NCBI GenBank assembly: GCA_032067765.1
Contig: DAMBIX010000001.1
Span: forward strand, 536,592 to 600,591
From: Pseudomonas sp.
Lineage (GTDB): Bacteria; Pseudomonadota; Gammaproteobacteria; Pseudomonadales; Pseudomonadaceae
DNA: 64,000 nt
Reading direction: 5' to 3'
Shown: positions 47,610 through 56,270 of the stretch, piece by piece
Numbering within the stretch: position 1 is the first letter of the stretch
How the letters are laid out: each line of letters begins with the position of its first letter
Notes under the pieces: model-generated
Seen by the model: the letters and a program-made list of their open reading frames with translations, nothing else
The model's database searches: none
What the model was told of the DNA's origin: nothing
Made by a program: the position numbers and the translations under genes

Positions 47610-48093
47610 GGACGGCCAGGTCATCGATGAAACTTGGCATTTGCTGCCCAAGGACGTGACCCTCGACGGGTTGTCCAACTGTGACGATCTGATCGTGCCG
47701 TTCCAGCTGTGGCTCGATCATGCCCATGCGTTAAAAGCGCGTGACGGCGGCCTTGGCGTCTGGCTGGACGCCGACGAAGCCGTGGAAGACATCGCCGATG
47801 ACCTGAAACACTTTCAGGTCATCGCGCTGAACTTTCCTGCCTTCACCGACGGTCGCCACTATTCCAGCGCACGCCTGCTGCGCGAGCGCTACGGCTATAA
47901 AGGCGAGATCCGCGCGATCGGCGACGTGCTGCGCGACCAGCTGTTCTACATGCGCCGTTGCGGTTTCGACGCCTTCGCCGTGCGCGCTGACCGCGACCCC
48001 TATGATGCGCTGGAAGGCCTGAAAGATTTCTCCGTCACGTACCAGTCCGCCGCCGACGAGCCGCTGCCGCTGTTTCGCCGCCGGCAAGGCTGA
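47593..48093 (+). CDS. DUF934 protein, the usual partner of cysI
   Basis: 166 aa. AGGAG RBS. Overlaps the cysI end by 17 nt. Contains a FTDGRHYSSARLLR motif. Confidence 0.85.
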   Translation: MQRIIKDGQVIDETWHLLPKDVTLDGLSNCDDLIVPFQLWLDHAHALKARDGGLGVWLDADEAVEDIADDLKHFQVIALNFPAFTDGRHYSSARLLRERYGYKGEIRAIGDVLRDQLFYMRRCGFDAFAVRADRDPYDALEGLKDFSVTYQSAADEPLPLFRRRQG

Positions 48094-48113
48094 AATCACG
48101 GTGAGTCGCTGCC

Positions 48114-48144
48114 ATAAAAAAACCGCCTTTCGGCGGTTTTTTTA
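48114..48144. terminator. Bidirectional rho-independent terminator
   Basis: AAAAAAA-AACCGCC-tttc-GGCGGTT-TTTTTT. It serves the DUF934 gene (+) and the micro-ORF (-). Confidence 0.85.
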
Positions 48145-48240
48145 TGAGTACATCCAGAAGTTGGGATGCTCGACCTGAATGGTTTCGGCCGGCTGCTTCT
48201 TGCCGAATGCTTCCTTGATTTTCTCTGCCAGTGCTTTCAT
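48142..48240 (-). CDS. Candidate 32-aa micro-protein (below the ORF-track cut-off)
   Basis: ATG at 48240 with an AGGAA SD. Translation is MKALAEKIKEAFGKKQPAETIQVEHPNFWMYS. The stop runs directly into the terminator. Confidence 0.35.
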   Translation of the reverse strand: MKALAEKIKEAFGKKQPAETIQVEHPNFWMYS

Positions 48241-48242
48241 GA

Positions 48243-48305
48243 CCGATTCCTGTTGCGTTGAGAGTGGCGTTAGCTTCTCTCAATCGATCGACGCAACGAA
48301 ATCGG
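48243..48305 (-). promoter_or_regulatory. Composite 19-bp hairpin in the leader of the micro-ORF that includes its Shine-Dalgarno region
   Basis: Three stacked stems: CCGATT/AATCGG (48243-48248 / 48300-48305), GTTGCGT/ACGCAAC (48252-48258 / 48291-48297) and TGAGAG/CTCTCA (48259-48264 / 48277-48282). Confidence 0.4.
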
Positions 48306-48365
48306 TTTTAGCTATGCGATCGATAGCTACTCAGCCGAAGCCGCCCAGGCGACGGAAACCGTCGA

Positions 48366-49358
48366 TCAGTCAAGCCGCACCAGCATTCGGCCGGTCTGCT
48401 GACCCAACAGGATTCGCTCGATGGCGGCAGGCAGCTCTTCTAACGAAATCTCCTGCACCAGCTCGTTCAGGTTCGGCAATTTCCATTGCACCGACAGCCG
48501 GTCCCACATCAACGCCTTGACGACCAATGGAATTTCTACAGAGTCGACACCCAGCAGATTTACGCCGCGCAGAATGAACGGCATCACATTGGCCTGAAAA
48601 TTCGTTCCGGCCGTCAGGCCGCAGCAGGAAACGCTGGCACCGCGCCGAAGTGACTTGACGATGTTGAACAGAATGTCGCCGCCGACGGTGTCAACCGCGC
48701 CCGCCCATTGTTCCTTGAGCAGCGGCTTCTCCGTGCCCGCCTGGAGCGCGCCACGCTCGATGATCTGCGTGGCGCCAAGCTTGCTCAGAAAATCGGCTTG
48801 GTCGGCCTTGCCTGTCACCGCAGCCACGTCGTAACCAAGACGGGACAACAAGGCGACCGCAATGCTGCCGACGCCGCCGGTAGCGCCGGTCACCAGCACG
48901 GGCGCATCGGTCGGTTCGAGGCCGGCTTGCTCGAGCTTGTCTATACAGAGGGCAGCGGTAAGCCCTGCCGTTCCGAGGGCCATAGCCTCACGCAAGGAAA
49001 GCCCCGCTGGACGCTTGATCACCCAGGCCGCCGGCACGCGGATGTACTGGCCAAAGCCGCCCGCCGTGTTCATGCCCAGGTCATACCCGGTCACGATGAC
49101 TTCGTCGCCTTCGGCCAACTCCGGAACACTCGACTCGGCAACCGTGCCTGCCGCATCGATGCCCGGGGTATGTGGGAATTTGCGGGTGACACCCCGGTTG
49201 CCGCTGGCGGACAGGGCATCCTTGTAGTTCAGCGATGAGTAGCTGACGCGAATCAGCACCTCGCCAGCCGGCAGTTGGTTGACGTTCCGCTCGACGATAC
49301 GGGTTTCGAAACGGCCGTCCGCATTTTCGCTGGTCTGCAGTGCCCTGAAGCTTCCCAT
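48366..49358 (-). CDS. YhdH/AcuI-type NADPH:quinone/acrylyl-CoA reductase (MDR superfamily)
   Basis: 330 aa; VSYSSLNYKDALS...VLVTGATGGVGS motifs typical of the YhdH/YhfP subgroup. Confidence 0.85.
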   Translation of the reverse strand: MGSFRALQTSENADGRFETRIVERNVNQLPAGEVLIRVSYSSLNYKDALSASGNRGVTRKFPHTPGIDAAGTVAESSVPELAEGDEVIVTGYDLGMNTAGGFGQYIRVPAAWVIKRPAGLSLREAMALGTAGLTAALCIDKLEQAGLEPTDAPVLVTGATGGVGSIAVALLSRLGYDVAAVTGKADQADFLSKLGATQIIERGALQAGTEKPLLKEQWAGAVDTVGGDILFNIVKSLRRGASVSCCGLTAGTNFQANVMPFILRGVNLLGVDSVEIPLVVKALMWDRLSVQWKLPNLNELVQEISLEELPAAIERILLGQQTGRMLVRLD

Positions 49359-49368
49359 CAGTTACTCC

Positions 49369-50394
49369 TTATTGCCAGAATCGTTGTTCATTGAGCCGCG
49401 TCCAGCCTTTCAGCACACCATGCTCCAGAGTGGCGCTGGCCGCCATGCCGAATCGCTCAGGTAGACTCTTTTTCTCTGCGTAATGCAGCTGGAACAGGTC
49501 CGCCTCACGAGCCCGAGAGGCCAGGTATTCGTCGCTGGTTTTCAATTCGTCAACGAGCTGCTTGCCAAGGGCCGCGATGCCGAGCCAGACCTCACCGGTG
49601 GCGACTTCGTCGATGGATAGTTGCTGGCGATAGCGTGCGACGAAATTTTTGAACAGCTCGTGAGTGGTTTCCAGATCGTCCTGAAATTTCTCCCGGCCCT
49701 TTTCGGTGTTTTCACCGAAGACCGTCAGGGTGCGCTTGTACTCCCCGGCGGTTAGGACTTCGACGTCGACATCATGCTTTTTCAGCAACCGATGAACGTT
49801 GGGCAGCTGCGCAACGACACCGATGGAGCCGAGGATGGCAAAAGGTGCGCTGAGAATCTTCTGGCCAATACACGCCATCATGTAACCGCCGCTTGCAGCG
49901 ACCTTGTCGACACAAACGGTCAACGGCACACCGGCATCGCGGATGCGAACCAGCTGCGAGGCAGCGAGTCCATAACCGTGGACCATGCCGCCACCACTCT
50001 CCAGACGCAGGACGACCTCGTCCTTGGGTGTGGCCAGGGTCAGCAGCGCGGTGATCTCATGACGGAGGTTCTCGACCGCAGACGCCTTGATGTCGCCATC
50101 GAAATCGAGCACGAAGACCCGAGAACGGCTTTGCGGACTTTTCTTCGCTAGCTTGGCGGCCTTGGCTTCACGCTTTCGCTGCAGTTTGAGCTCATCCTTA
50201 TCCATCAAGGTTTGTTCGAGACGCTCACGCATCGATTTGTAGAAATCGTTGAGTTTGTGGACCTCCAGGTGGCCACTCGCCTGTTTGGTCCTTCCGCGCC
50301 GCAGCGTGGCGATTGCGATCAGCACCACCAGCACAGCGGCCACCAGCGTTACGGTCTTCGCCAGAAAGCTTGCATAATCAGCAAGAAATTCCAC
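49369..50394 (-). CDS. sohB: Inner-membrane S49 peptidase SohB
   Basis: Collinear with E. coli SohB (EFLADYASFLAKTVT...VDKVAASGGYMMAC...). GTG start at 50394 with a GAGGGGGA RBS. The ORF-track N-terminal extension is rejected. Confidence 0.85.
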   Translation of the reverse strand: MEFLADYASFLAKTVTLVAAVLVVLIAIATLRRGRTKQASGHLEVHKLNDFYKSMRERLEQTLMDKDELKLQRKREAKAAKLAKKSPQSRSRVFVLDFDGDIKASAVENLRHEITALLTLATPKDEVVLRLESGGGMVHGYGLAASQLVRIRDAGVPLTVCVDKVAASGGYMMACIGQKILSAPFAILGSIGVVAQLPNVHRLLKKHDVDVEVLTAGEYKRTLTVFGENTEKGREKFQDDLETTHELFKNFVARYRQQLSIDEVATGEVWLGIAALGKQLVDELKTSDEYLASRAREADLFQLHYAEKKSLPERFGMAASATLEHGVLKGWTRLNEQRFWQ

Positions 50395-50574
50395 AGATCC
50401 CCCTCGGATTAACTCGGTCGCCAGCAGAACGTTCAACATGGCGTAACCGGTCAAGCATACCGATTGCACGACTATTTGAGCCAGCAGAAGCCAATTCAAA
50501 CAAACGTATGATTTATCGTTGACACTCCATGATGATTCCCCCTACGCTCGCGAAAACAGGGTCCGGAGCCACAC

Positions 50575-51288
50575 ATGGGCAGCATCTACCTGATCAGACA
50601 TGGTCAGGCGTCATTCGGCGCAGAAAATTACGATGTCCTGTCGCCGCTTGGCTTTCAGCAATCCGCCGCTCTGGGTGACTACTTGGACCAACTAGGTGTG
50701 CGCTTCGACCGCTGCGTAAGCGGAGAGTTGAACCGGCAGCAAGATACCGCAAGAGCGACCCTTGCCAGGATGGGCCATCACCCAACCGATCAGCCTCCGA
50801 CAATCGAGATCGACTCGGCATTCAACGAGTTCCTAGCCGATGAGGTGATCCGTGCGCACATGGCCGACCTGCTGGCCGTCGAGCCCGATGCGATGCAGAT
50901 CTTCGGTAATGCCAGCAATCACCGGGCCGAATTCCAGCGCCTGTTCAGCTACGTGATTGGGCGGTGGGTTTCCGGCGAGCATGAAAAGGAAGGCCTGGAA
51001 AGCTGGCAGAGCTTCATCGATCGGGTCCAGGGCGGATTGAACCGTTTGCTCGATCAGGCGAGCAAAAAGGACCGTATTGCGGTCTTCACGTCTGGCGGGA
51101 CCATCACCGCGCTGCTTCAATTGATCATCGGCGTGCCGCCTATCAAGGCATTCGAATTGAACTGGCAGATCGTCAATACCTCACTCAGCCGGCTGACGTT
51201 TCGCAACCAGGATGTGGCGCTGGCTTCGTTCAATAGCCATGTACATCTGGAACTGCTGAAGAATCCGGAGCTCGTCACCTATCGATAG
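50575..51288 (+). CDS. Histidine phosphatase (phosphoglycerate-mutase-like) family protein
   Basis: N-terminal RHG motif (IYLIRHGQASFG). Confidence 0.85.
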   Translation: MGSIYLIRHGQASFGAENYDVLSPLGFQQSAALGDYLDQLGVRFDRCVSGELNRQQDTARATLARMGHHPTDQPPTIEIDSAFNEFLADEVIRAHMADLLAVEPDAMQIFGNASNHRAEFQRLFSYVIGRWVSGEHEKEGLESWQSFIDRVQGGLNRLLDQASKKDRIAVFTSGGTITALLQLIIGVPPIKAFELNWQIVNTSLSRLTFRNQDVALASFNSHVHLELLKNPELVTYR

Positions 51289-51345
51289 GCTCCAACCCAC
51301 TGCAGCCCATGCTGCATGTTTCCCACGATAAAAAGGACATATCCG

Positions 51346-51660
51346 ATGAGCAATGTCGACGAAACCATCCAGGGCATGAAAGCCAAGTTCAACCCCAGTG
51401 CTGCCGCCGGCCTGGACCTGGTTTTCCAGTTCAACATCACCGACGCGGAAAACTACTATCTGGTCGTCAAGGATGGCACCTGTGACTTCCACAAGGGCGA
51501 ATCAGCCGATGCCAACGTTACGCTGATCATGGACAGCGAAACCATGCAGGGCGTCATCAGCGGCGAAACCGACGGTATGCAGGCATTCATGGCAGGCAAA
51601 CTGCGCGCCGAAGGCGACATGATGCTCGCGCTGAAGCTGAGCGAACTGTTCCCAGCCTGA
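51346..51660 (+). CDS. SCP2 sterol-binding-domain protein
   Basis: 104 aa with an SCP2-like C-terminus (GETDGMQAFMAGKLRAEGDMMLALKL). AAGGA RBS. Confidence 0.8.
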   Translation: MSNVDETIQGMKAKFNPSAAAGLDLVFQFNITDAENYYLVVKDGTCDFHKGESADANVTLIMDSETMQGVISGETDGMQAFMAGKLRAEGDMMLALKLSELFPA

Positions 51661-51677
51661 TCTGCCCGGATGCAATG

Positions 51678-51710
51678 AAAAAACCGAAGTCTTGAGACTT
51701 CGGTTTTTTA
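51678..51710 (+). terminator. Rho-independent terminator
   Basis: AAAAAA-CCGAAGTC-ttga-GACTTCGG-TTTTTT. Confidence 0.85.
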
Positions 51711-51904
51711 TTGCGCTTTTCCATCACGTTCGGACCATTAGGCGTCTTGATTACCTAGCAACACCCCGACCAATAACGACCGACTTTGCTTGGTGATGAC
51801 CGGAGGCCGCATTAGATTACTAAGCGCCGGATGGTCAGTTGGCACCGTAGCAAAACTGCCATGACCTGGTTACAAGGCCTCGATTACAAGAAAAAGGGAC
51901 AAGC

Positions 51905-52972
51905 ATGGCGCTAACAGATCAGACCAGCCGCATACGCGAAGGCGAAGAACTGCCTACCGAGGTCATCGACCACTATCTGAAAGCCCACATCCCCGGGCTG
52001 GAAGGCACGCCGAGCATCTCGCAGTTCCCGGGTGGCGCGTCCAACTTGACCTACCTGCTGGAATACTCCAAGCAGCAATTCGTGCTACGCCGTCCGCCAT
52101 TCGGTCACAAGGCCAAGTCCGCACACGACATGGGCCGCGAATACCGGATTCTCAACCAGCTCAACGCAGGCTTTCCATACTGCCCGAAGGCCTACGCGCA
52201 CTGCACTGACGAGACACTGATCGGTGCCGAGTTCTACGTCATGGAGCGCGTCAAGGGCATCATCCTGCGGGAGGACATGCCTGGCGAACTCGGATTCACC
52301 TCGCAGCAGACAACCGCGCTGTGCAAGAGCTTCATCGACAAGTTCGTTGAGCTGCACAACGTGGACTACAACGCCTGCGGCCTGGGTGACCTGGGCAAGC
52401 CTGAAGGCTACGTGCAGCGCCAGATCACAGGCTGGATCGATCGCTACGAACACGCCGTCACTCCCGATGCGCCCGGTTGGGAATCTGTGAAAGCCTGGCT
52501 GCGTGAAAAGATGCCAGCCGATCACCGCAAGCCCGGCATCGTCCACAACGACTACCGTTTCGACAATGTCATCCTCAACCCGCAGAACCCGATGGAAATC
52601 ATCGGCGTCCTGGATTGGGAGATGACCACTATCGGCGACCCACTGATGGATCTGGGCAACACGCTCGCTTACTGGGTCGAAGCGACAGATCCGCCGCCCA
52701 TGCAACTGATCCGCAAGCAACCCAGCAACGCTCCGGGCATGCTGACGCGTCAGCAATTCGTCGATTACTACGCCGAACGTGCCGGCATTCGCATCGACAA
52801 CTTCGACTATTACTACACCTATGGTCTGTTCCGCCTGGCTGCCATCGTGCAGCAGATCTACTACCGCTATTTTCATGGCCAGACGCAGGACAAGCGGTTC
52901 GCGAAATTTGTGCAAATGAACGCCCTGCTCGAGCAAGTGAGCCTGCAGGTCATCACCAATTCGAAGCTGTAA
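51905..52972 (+). CDS. Phosphotransferase (APH/choline-kinase-like) family protein
   Basis: 355 aa with catalytic-loop HNDYRFDNVIL and the IGVLDWE motif. Confidence 0.85.
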   Translation: MALTDQTSRIREGEELPTEVIDHYLKAHIPGLEGTPSISQFPGGASNLTYLLEYSKQQFVLRRPPFGHKAKSAHDMGREYRILNQLNAGFPYCPKAYAHCTDETLIGAEFYVMERVKGIILREDMPGELGFTSQQTTALCKSFIDKFVELHNVDYNACGLGDLGKPEGYVQRQITGWIDRYEHAVTPDAPGWESVKAWLREKMPADHRKPGIVHNDYRFDNVILNPQNPMEIIGVLDWEMTTIGDPLMDLGNTLAYWVEATDPPPMQLIRKQPSNAPGMLTRQQFVDYYAERAGIRIDNFDYYYTYGLFRLAAIVQQIYYRYFHGQTQDKRFAKFVQMNALLEQVSLQVITNSKL

Positions 52973-52999
52973 TACAGCTCACCAAGAGGGGACCCACTT

Positions 53000-53767
53000 A
53001 TGAGCAAAACCACTCTGTTCGACCTGGATGGCAAGATCGCTTTCATCTCCGGAGCCAGCCGTGGCATTGGCGAAGCCATTGCCAAACTTCTGGCCCGGCA
53101 AGGCGCTCACGTCATTGTGTCCAGCCGCAAGATTGAAGGCTGCCAGGCTGTTGCGGATGCGATCGTCGCATCCGGCGGCAAGGCGACTCCGGTCGCCTGT
53201 CACATCGGTGAGCTGGAGCAGATCCAGGCGGTCTTCGCTCAGATCCGAGAGCAATTCGGGCGGCTGGATATCCTGGTCAACAACGCCGCCACCAATCCGC
53301 AGTTCTGCCATATCCTGGATACCGACGTTTCCGCGTTTCAGAAGACCGTCGACGTGAACATTCGTGGCTACTTCTTCATGTCCGTCGAGGCCGGCAAGCT
53401 GATGCGCGAGCATGGCGGCGGCAGTATTATCAACGTCGCGTCCATCAATGGTGTGACACCCGGCAACTTCCAGGGCATCTATTCAATCACCAAGGCCGCC
53501 GTGATCAACATGACCAAGGCCTTCGCCAAGGAATGCGCACCGCAGGGAATCCGTTGCAACGCGCTGCTGCCGGGTCTGACCGACACCAAGTTCGCCTCGG
53601 CGCTGGTCAAGAACGACTCGATCCGTGAAGAAGCGCTGCGTCATATTCCGCTGAACCGCGTCGCCGACCCTAGCGAAATGGCGGGCGCTGTGCTGTATCT
53701 GGCTAGCGATGCGTCGAGCTACACCACCGGCCTGTCGCTCAATGTGGACGGTGGGTATCTCGCCTGA
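53000..53767 (+). CDS. Short-chain dehydrogenase/reductase (SDR)
   Basis: GASRGIG cofactor motif, NNAA, and YSITKAA (YxxxK). Confidence 0.9.
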   Translation: MSKTTLFDLDGKIAFISGASRGIGEAIAKLLARQGAHVIVSSRKIEGCQAVADAIVASGGKATPVACHIGELEQIQAVFAQIREQFGRLDILVNNAATNPQFCHILDTDVSAFQKTVDVNIRGYFFMSVEAGKLMREHGGGSIINVASINGVTPGNFQGIYSITKAAVINMTKAFAKECAPQGIRCNALLPGLTDTKFASALVKNDSIREEALRHIPLNRVADPSEMAGAVLYLASDASSYTTGLSLNVDGGYLA

Positions 53768-53784
53768 TCGACCCGTAAACGAAG

Positions 53785-53811
53785 AAAGGGAACCCTCGGG
53801 TTCCCTTTTTG
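53785..53811. terminator. Bidirectional rho-independent terminator
   Basis: AAGGGAACC-ctcg-GGTTCCCTT followed by TTT. Lies between convergent genes. Confidence 0.8.
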
Positions 53812-53830
53812 TTGCGCGAAGCCTTGGCCG

Positions 53831-54478
53831 CTACCAGCTCTTCATCGCTTCATCGGCTGCCGCGTTCACCGGCTTCGCCAGCAGCCCAATAGGACCTATC
53901 TCCAGCGTATAGGTGGCGCCATCGGCGATAGGCAGGTAACTGACCCTGCGGGGCTGCGCTTCGATAATCCGCGATGCACACTGGCAACGCTGTAGCCATG
54001 CCCAGAAATCGACCCCGGCCCGGCTATGTCCAAGTTCCACCTGAGGATGGCGAGTCTCATCCTGCTGTTCGACGGCCAGATAACGACCGGAAAGCTTTTC
54101 CAGCCGGTAGCCAGGTTTCAATCCGATGAGCGTTGCCAGGCCTTTCCAGCGAAACGCTCGCAGGTCGAGCTGCCAGAGATCGCCTTCCAGCGTGACAAAG
54201 CGGATTTGCCGGCCCTCTTCTACCTTTACCTGATAGCGCTGTTGACCATCAGCCTGGAAAGACAGCGAAGCCAGTGGAGTGCCTTGGGCCAGGGGCTGAT
54301 AGGTAGCGACATCCCAGGCGATCAAGCCAATCACACCGCCCAGCGCAAGAACCAGCATGCCGAAAGTGCCGCGCAACCAACCCAGCAGCCACTGCCCTCC
54401 AGCCAGCATACGCACCGCTATCAATGCACTGATCAGCGCAAGCAAAGCGACAAACACCGCAAGCCCCATATATTGCAT
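53831..54478 (-). CDS. Conserved hypothetical protein with two N-terminal TM helices
   Basis: Coding-like ORF with no recognisable catalytic motif. The start is ATG 54478 or 54469. Confidence 0.55.
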   Translation of the reverse strand: MQYMGLAVFVALLALISALIAVRMLAGGQWLLGWLRGTFGMLVLALGGVIGLIAWDVATYQPLAQGTPLASLSFQADGQQRYQVKVEEGRQIRFVTLEGDLWQLDLRAFRWKGLATLIGLKPGYRLEKLSGRYLAVEQQDETRHPQVELGHSRAGVDFWAWLQRCQCASRIIEAQPRRVSYLPIADGATYTLEIGPIGLLAKPVNAAADEAMKSW

Positions 54479-54649
54479 CGCCCGCCTTCCCAAAAACTCG
54501 ATGAAACATTATCGACAAGGCTTTTTAGAGCGGCCAGCACCAGTCAGGAACACTGCAGACGAGTCGACATTCTCCTGCGGTTACCGCCGAGCGATACCGA
54601 CCGAAGTTGCCTCGGGTCGCCATTGGCTTGCAGCAGGGCAACCGGCATC

Positions 54650-55469
54650 ATGCACGCTCTGTTTTACCTGCTGAGTGACTCCGCATTGCCGATGCTCGAA
54701 TTTGCCACGGACCCGCCGGTATTGGCCGCCCTGTTGGTCGTCGCCTTTCTTGCCGGTTTTATCGATGCGATCGCTGGCGGAGGCGGCCTCTTGACGCTGC
54801 CAGCACTATTGACTGCCGGCTTGCCACCGCACCTGGTTCTCGGCACCAACAAACTGAGTGCAACCTTCGGCTCGGCCACAGCGAGCTTCACCTTCTATCG
54901 CCGTAAGCTGTTCGAGCCGCGACAATGGCGATTCGCGCTCGTGGCCACCGCTATCGGCGCAGCGCTGGGGGCGGGATTGGCACACCCGATCCCCGCTCGC
55001 TGGCTTAATTTGCTGCTGCCACTGGTCGTCTTCGCCTGCGGACTGTATCTATTGTTCGGTCGCGTGCCGGTTACCCCGCGAGCGACCGCGGCGCCCATCG
55101 ACAAGCGTCGACAGTGGCCACAAGGCCTGATCCTGGGATTCTATGATGGCGTGGCCGGCCCCGGTACCGGGGCTTTCTGGACCGTCAGCAATATGTTGCT
55201 TCATTCGCTCGACCTGCTTAAAGCCAGCGGCGTGGCGCGCAGCATGAACTTCGTCAGTAACGGTATTGCACTATCGGTGTTCGTCATCAACGGCCAGGTC
55301 GCCTGGGCGCTGGGTATCGGGATGGGGACTCGCCTTGATGGTCGGCGCCTACCTTGGGGCACGCACCGCAATCCAAGGCGGATCAAGGTTTATCCGACCG
55401 ATCTTTATCCTGGTCGTGCTGGCGTTGAGTCTGCGACTAGCTTGGCAACATTGGTTCGGGGCGACCTGA
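54650..55469 (+). pseudogene. TauE/SafE (DUF81) family anion-exporter gene interrupted by a 1-nt frameshift
   Basis: One frame reads ...FIDAIAGGGGLLTLPAL...NGQVAWALGIGMG up to ~55327. The expected C-terminus [46 protein letters not shown] lies in the +1 frame from 55329. The junction is ATGGGGACTC, which contains a G4 run. Confidence 0.7.
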
Positions 55470-56270
55470 GCGGCGAGCCAGATACAGCTCGATCAGATAG
55501 CGCGCGATGGACTTGGGCGCAGGCAGCGCAGGCAGGTCGTGGATGGAAAACCAACCGGCATCTTCGATCTCTTCGGGCTGCATCACGATCTCACCTGATG
55601 CATATTCCGCGTGGAAACCAAGCATCAGCGAGTGCGGAAACGGCCAGCCCTGACTACAGATGTAGCGAGGCTCATGGATCGAAACGCCGACCTCCTCGCA
55701 TACTTCGCGCCGGACGCACTGTTCGACCGACTCGCCCGGCTCAACGAACCCTGCCAGCGTGCTGTAAACGCCCGGAGCGAAGCGCGGTGAACGCGCCAGC
55801 AGCAACTCGTCGCCACGGGTCACAAGAACGATCATGCTCGGCGAAATACGTGGGTAATGATGGATACCACAACGCTCGCATTGCATTGCCCGCTCCGTCG
55901 GATGCTGGCGCATCGGATTGCCGCAGCTGCCGCAAAAGCGATGATGATGGGCCCAAGTGCCGATCTGCGCGGCGAAGCCGAGCATACGAAACCTGTCGAC
56001 ATCGTCATCCTGCATCATGAATTGGCGCAACCCCTGCCAGGCCGCGCCCGGTACGTCGACCGGGTGAGCCAATTCCAACAGAAACACCTGTTCGCCTTCG
56101 AAGTAACCCAGGCCCTGCTCGCTAAGCAACGGCAGGTCGAGGCGTTTCAGCCAGGCTTTCGGAAACAGCACGCCATTGGCATCGAAGAGAAAACCCTGCT
56201 GGCAATGCACAACCGCCCACCCGCCCTCGGTTGCGGGATCGAGCAATGCCGGCTGCCAGCGCAAATTCAT
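55437..56270 (-). CDS. nudC: NAD+ diphosphatase (Nudix)
   Basis: Zinc ribbon (FCGSCG...CERCG) and Nudix box ([22 protein letters not shown]). The 3' end overlaps the convergent TauE gene by 33 nt. Confidence 0.9.
   Translation of the reverse strand: MNLRWQPALLDPATEGGWAVVHCQQGFLFDANGVLFPKAWLKRLDLPLLSEQGLGYFEGEQVFLLELAHPVDVPGAAWQGLRQFMMQDDDVDRFRMLGFAAQIGTWAHHHRFCGSCGNPMRQHPTERAMQCERCGIHHYPRISPSMIVLVTRGDELLLARSPRFAPGVYSTLAGFVEPGESVEQCVRREVCEEVGVSIHEPRYICSQGWPFPHSLMLGFHAEYASGEIVMQPEEIEDAGWFSIHDLPALPAPKSIARYLIELYLARRSGRPEPMLPS

Noticed and set aside
51839-51852. TTGGCACCGTAGCA, a sigma-54-like element upstream of the phosphotransferase gene
   Set aside because: The GG and GC dinucleotides are 9 nt apart instead of the required 12 nt between first bases, so it is not a functional -24/-12 geometry.
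54026-56020. 664-aa plus-strand ORF
   Set aside because: It is a chimera. Only 54650-55327 is real coding sequence (the TauE N-terminal part). The upstream part is antisense to the 53831-54478 gene, and the downstream part is out-of-frame read-through antisense to nudC.
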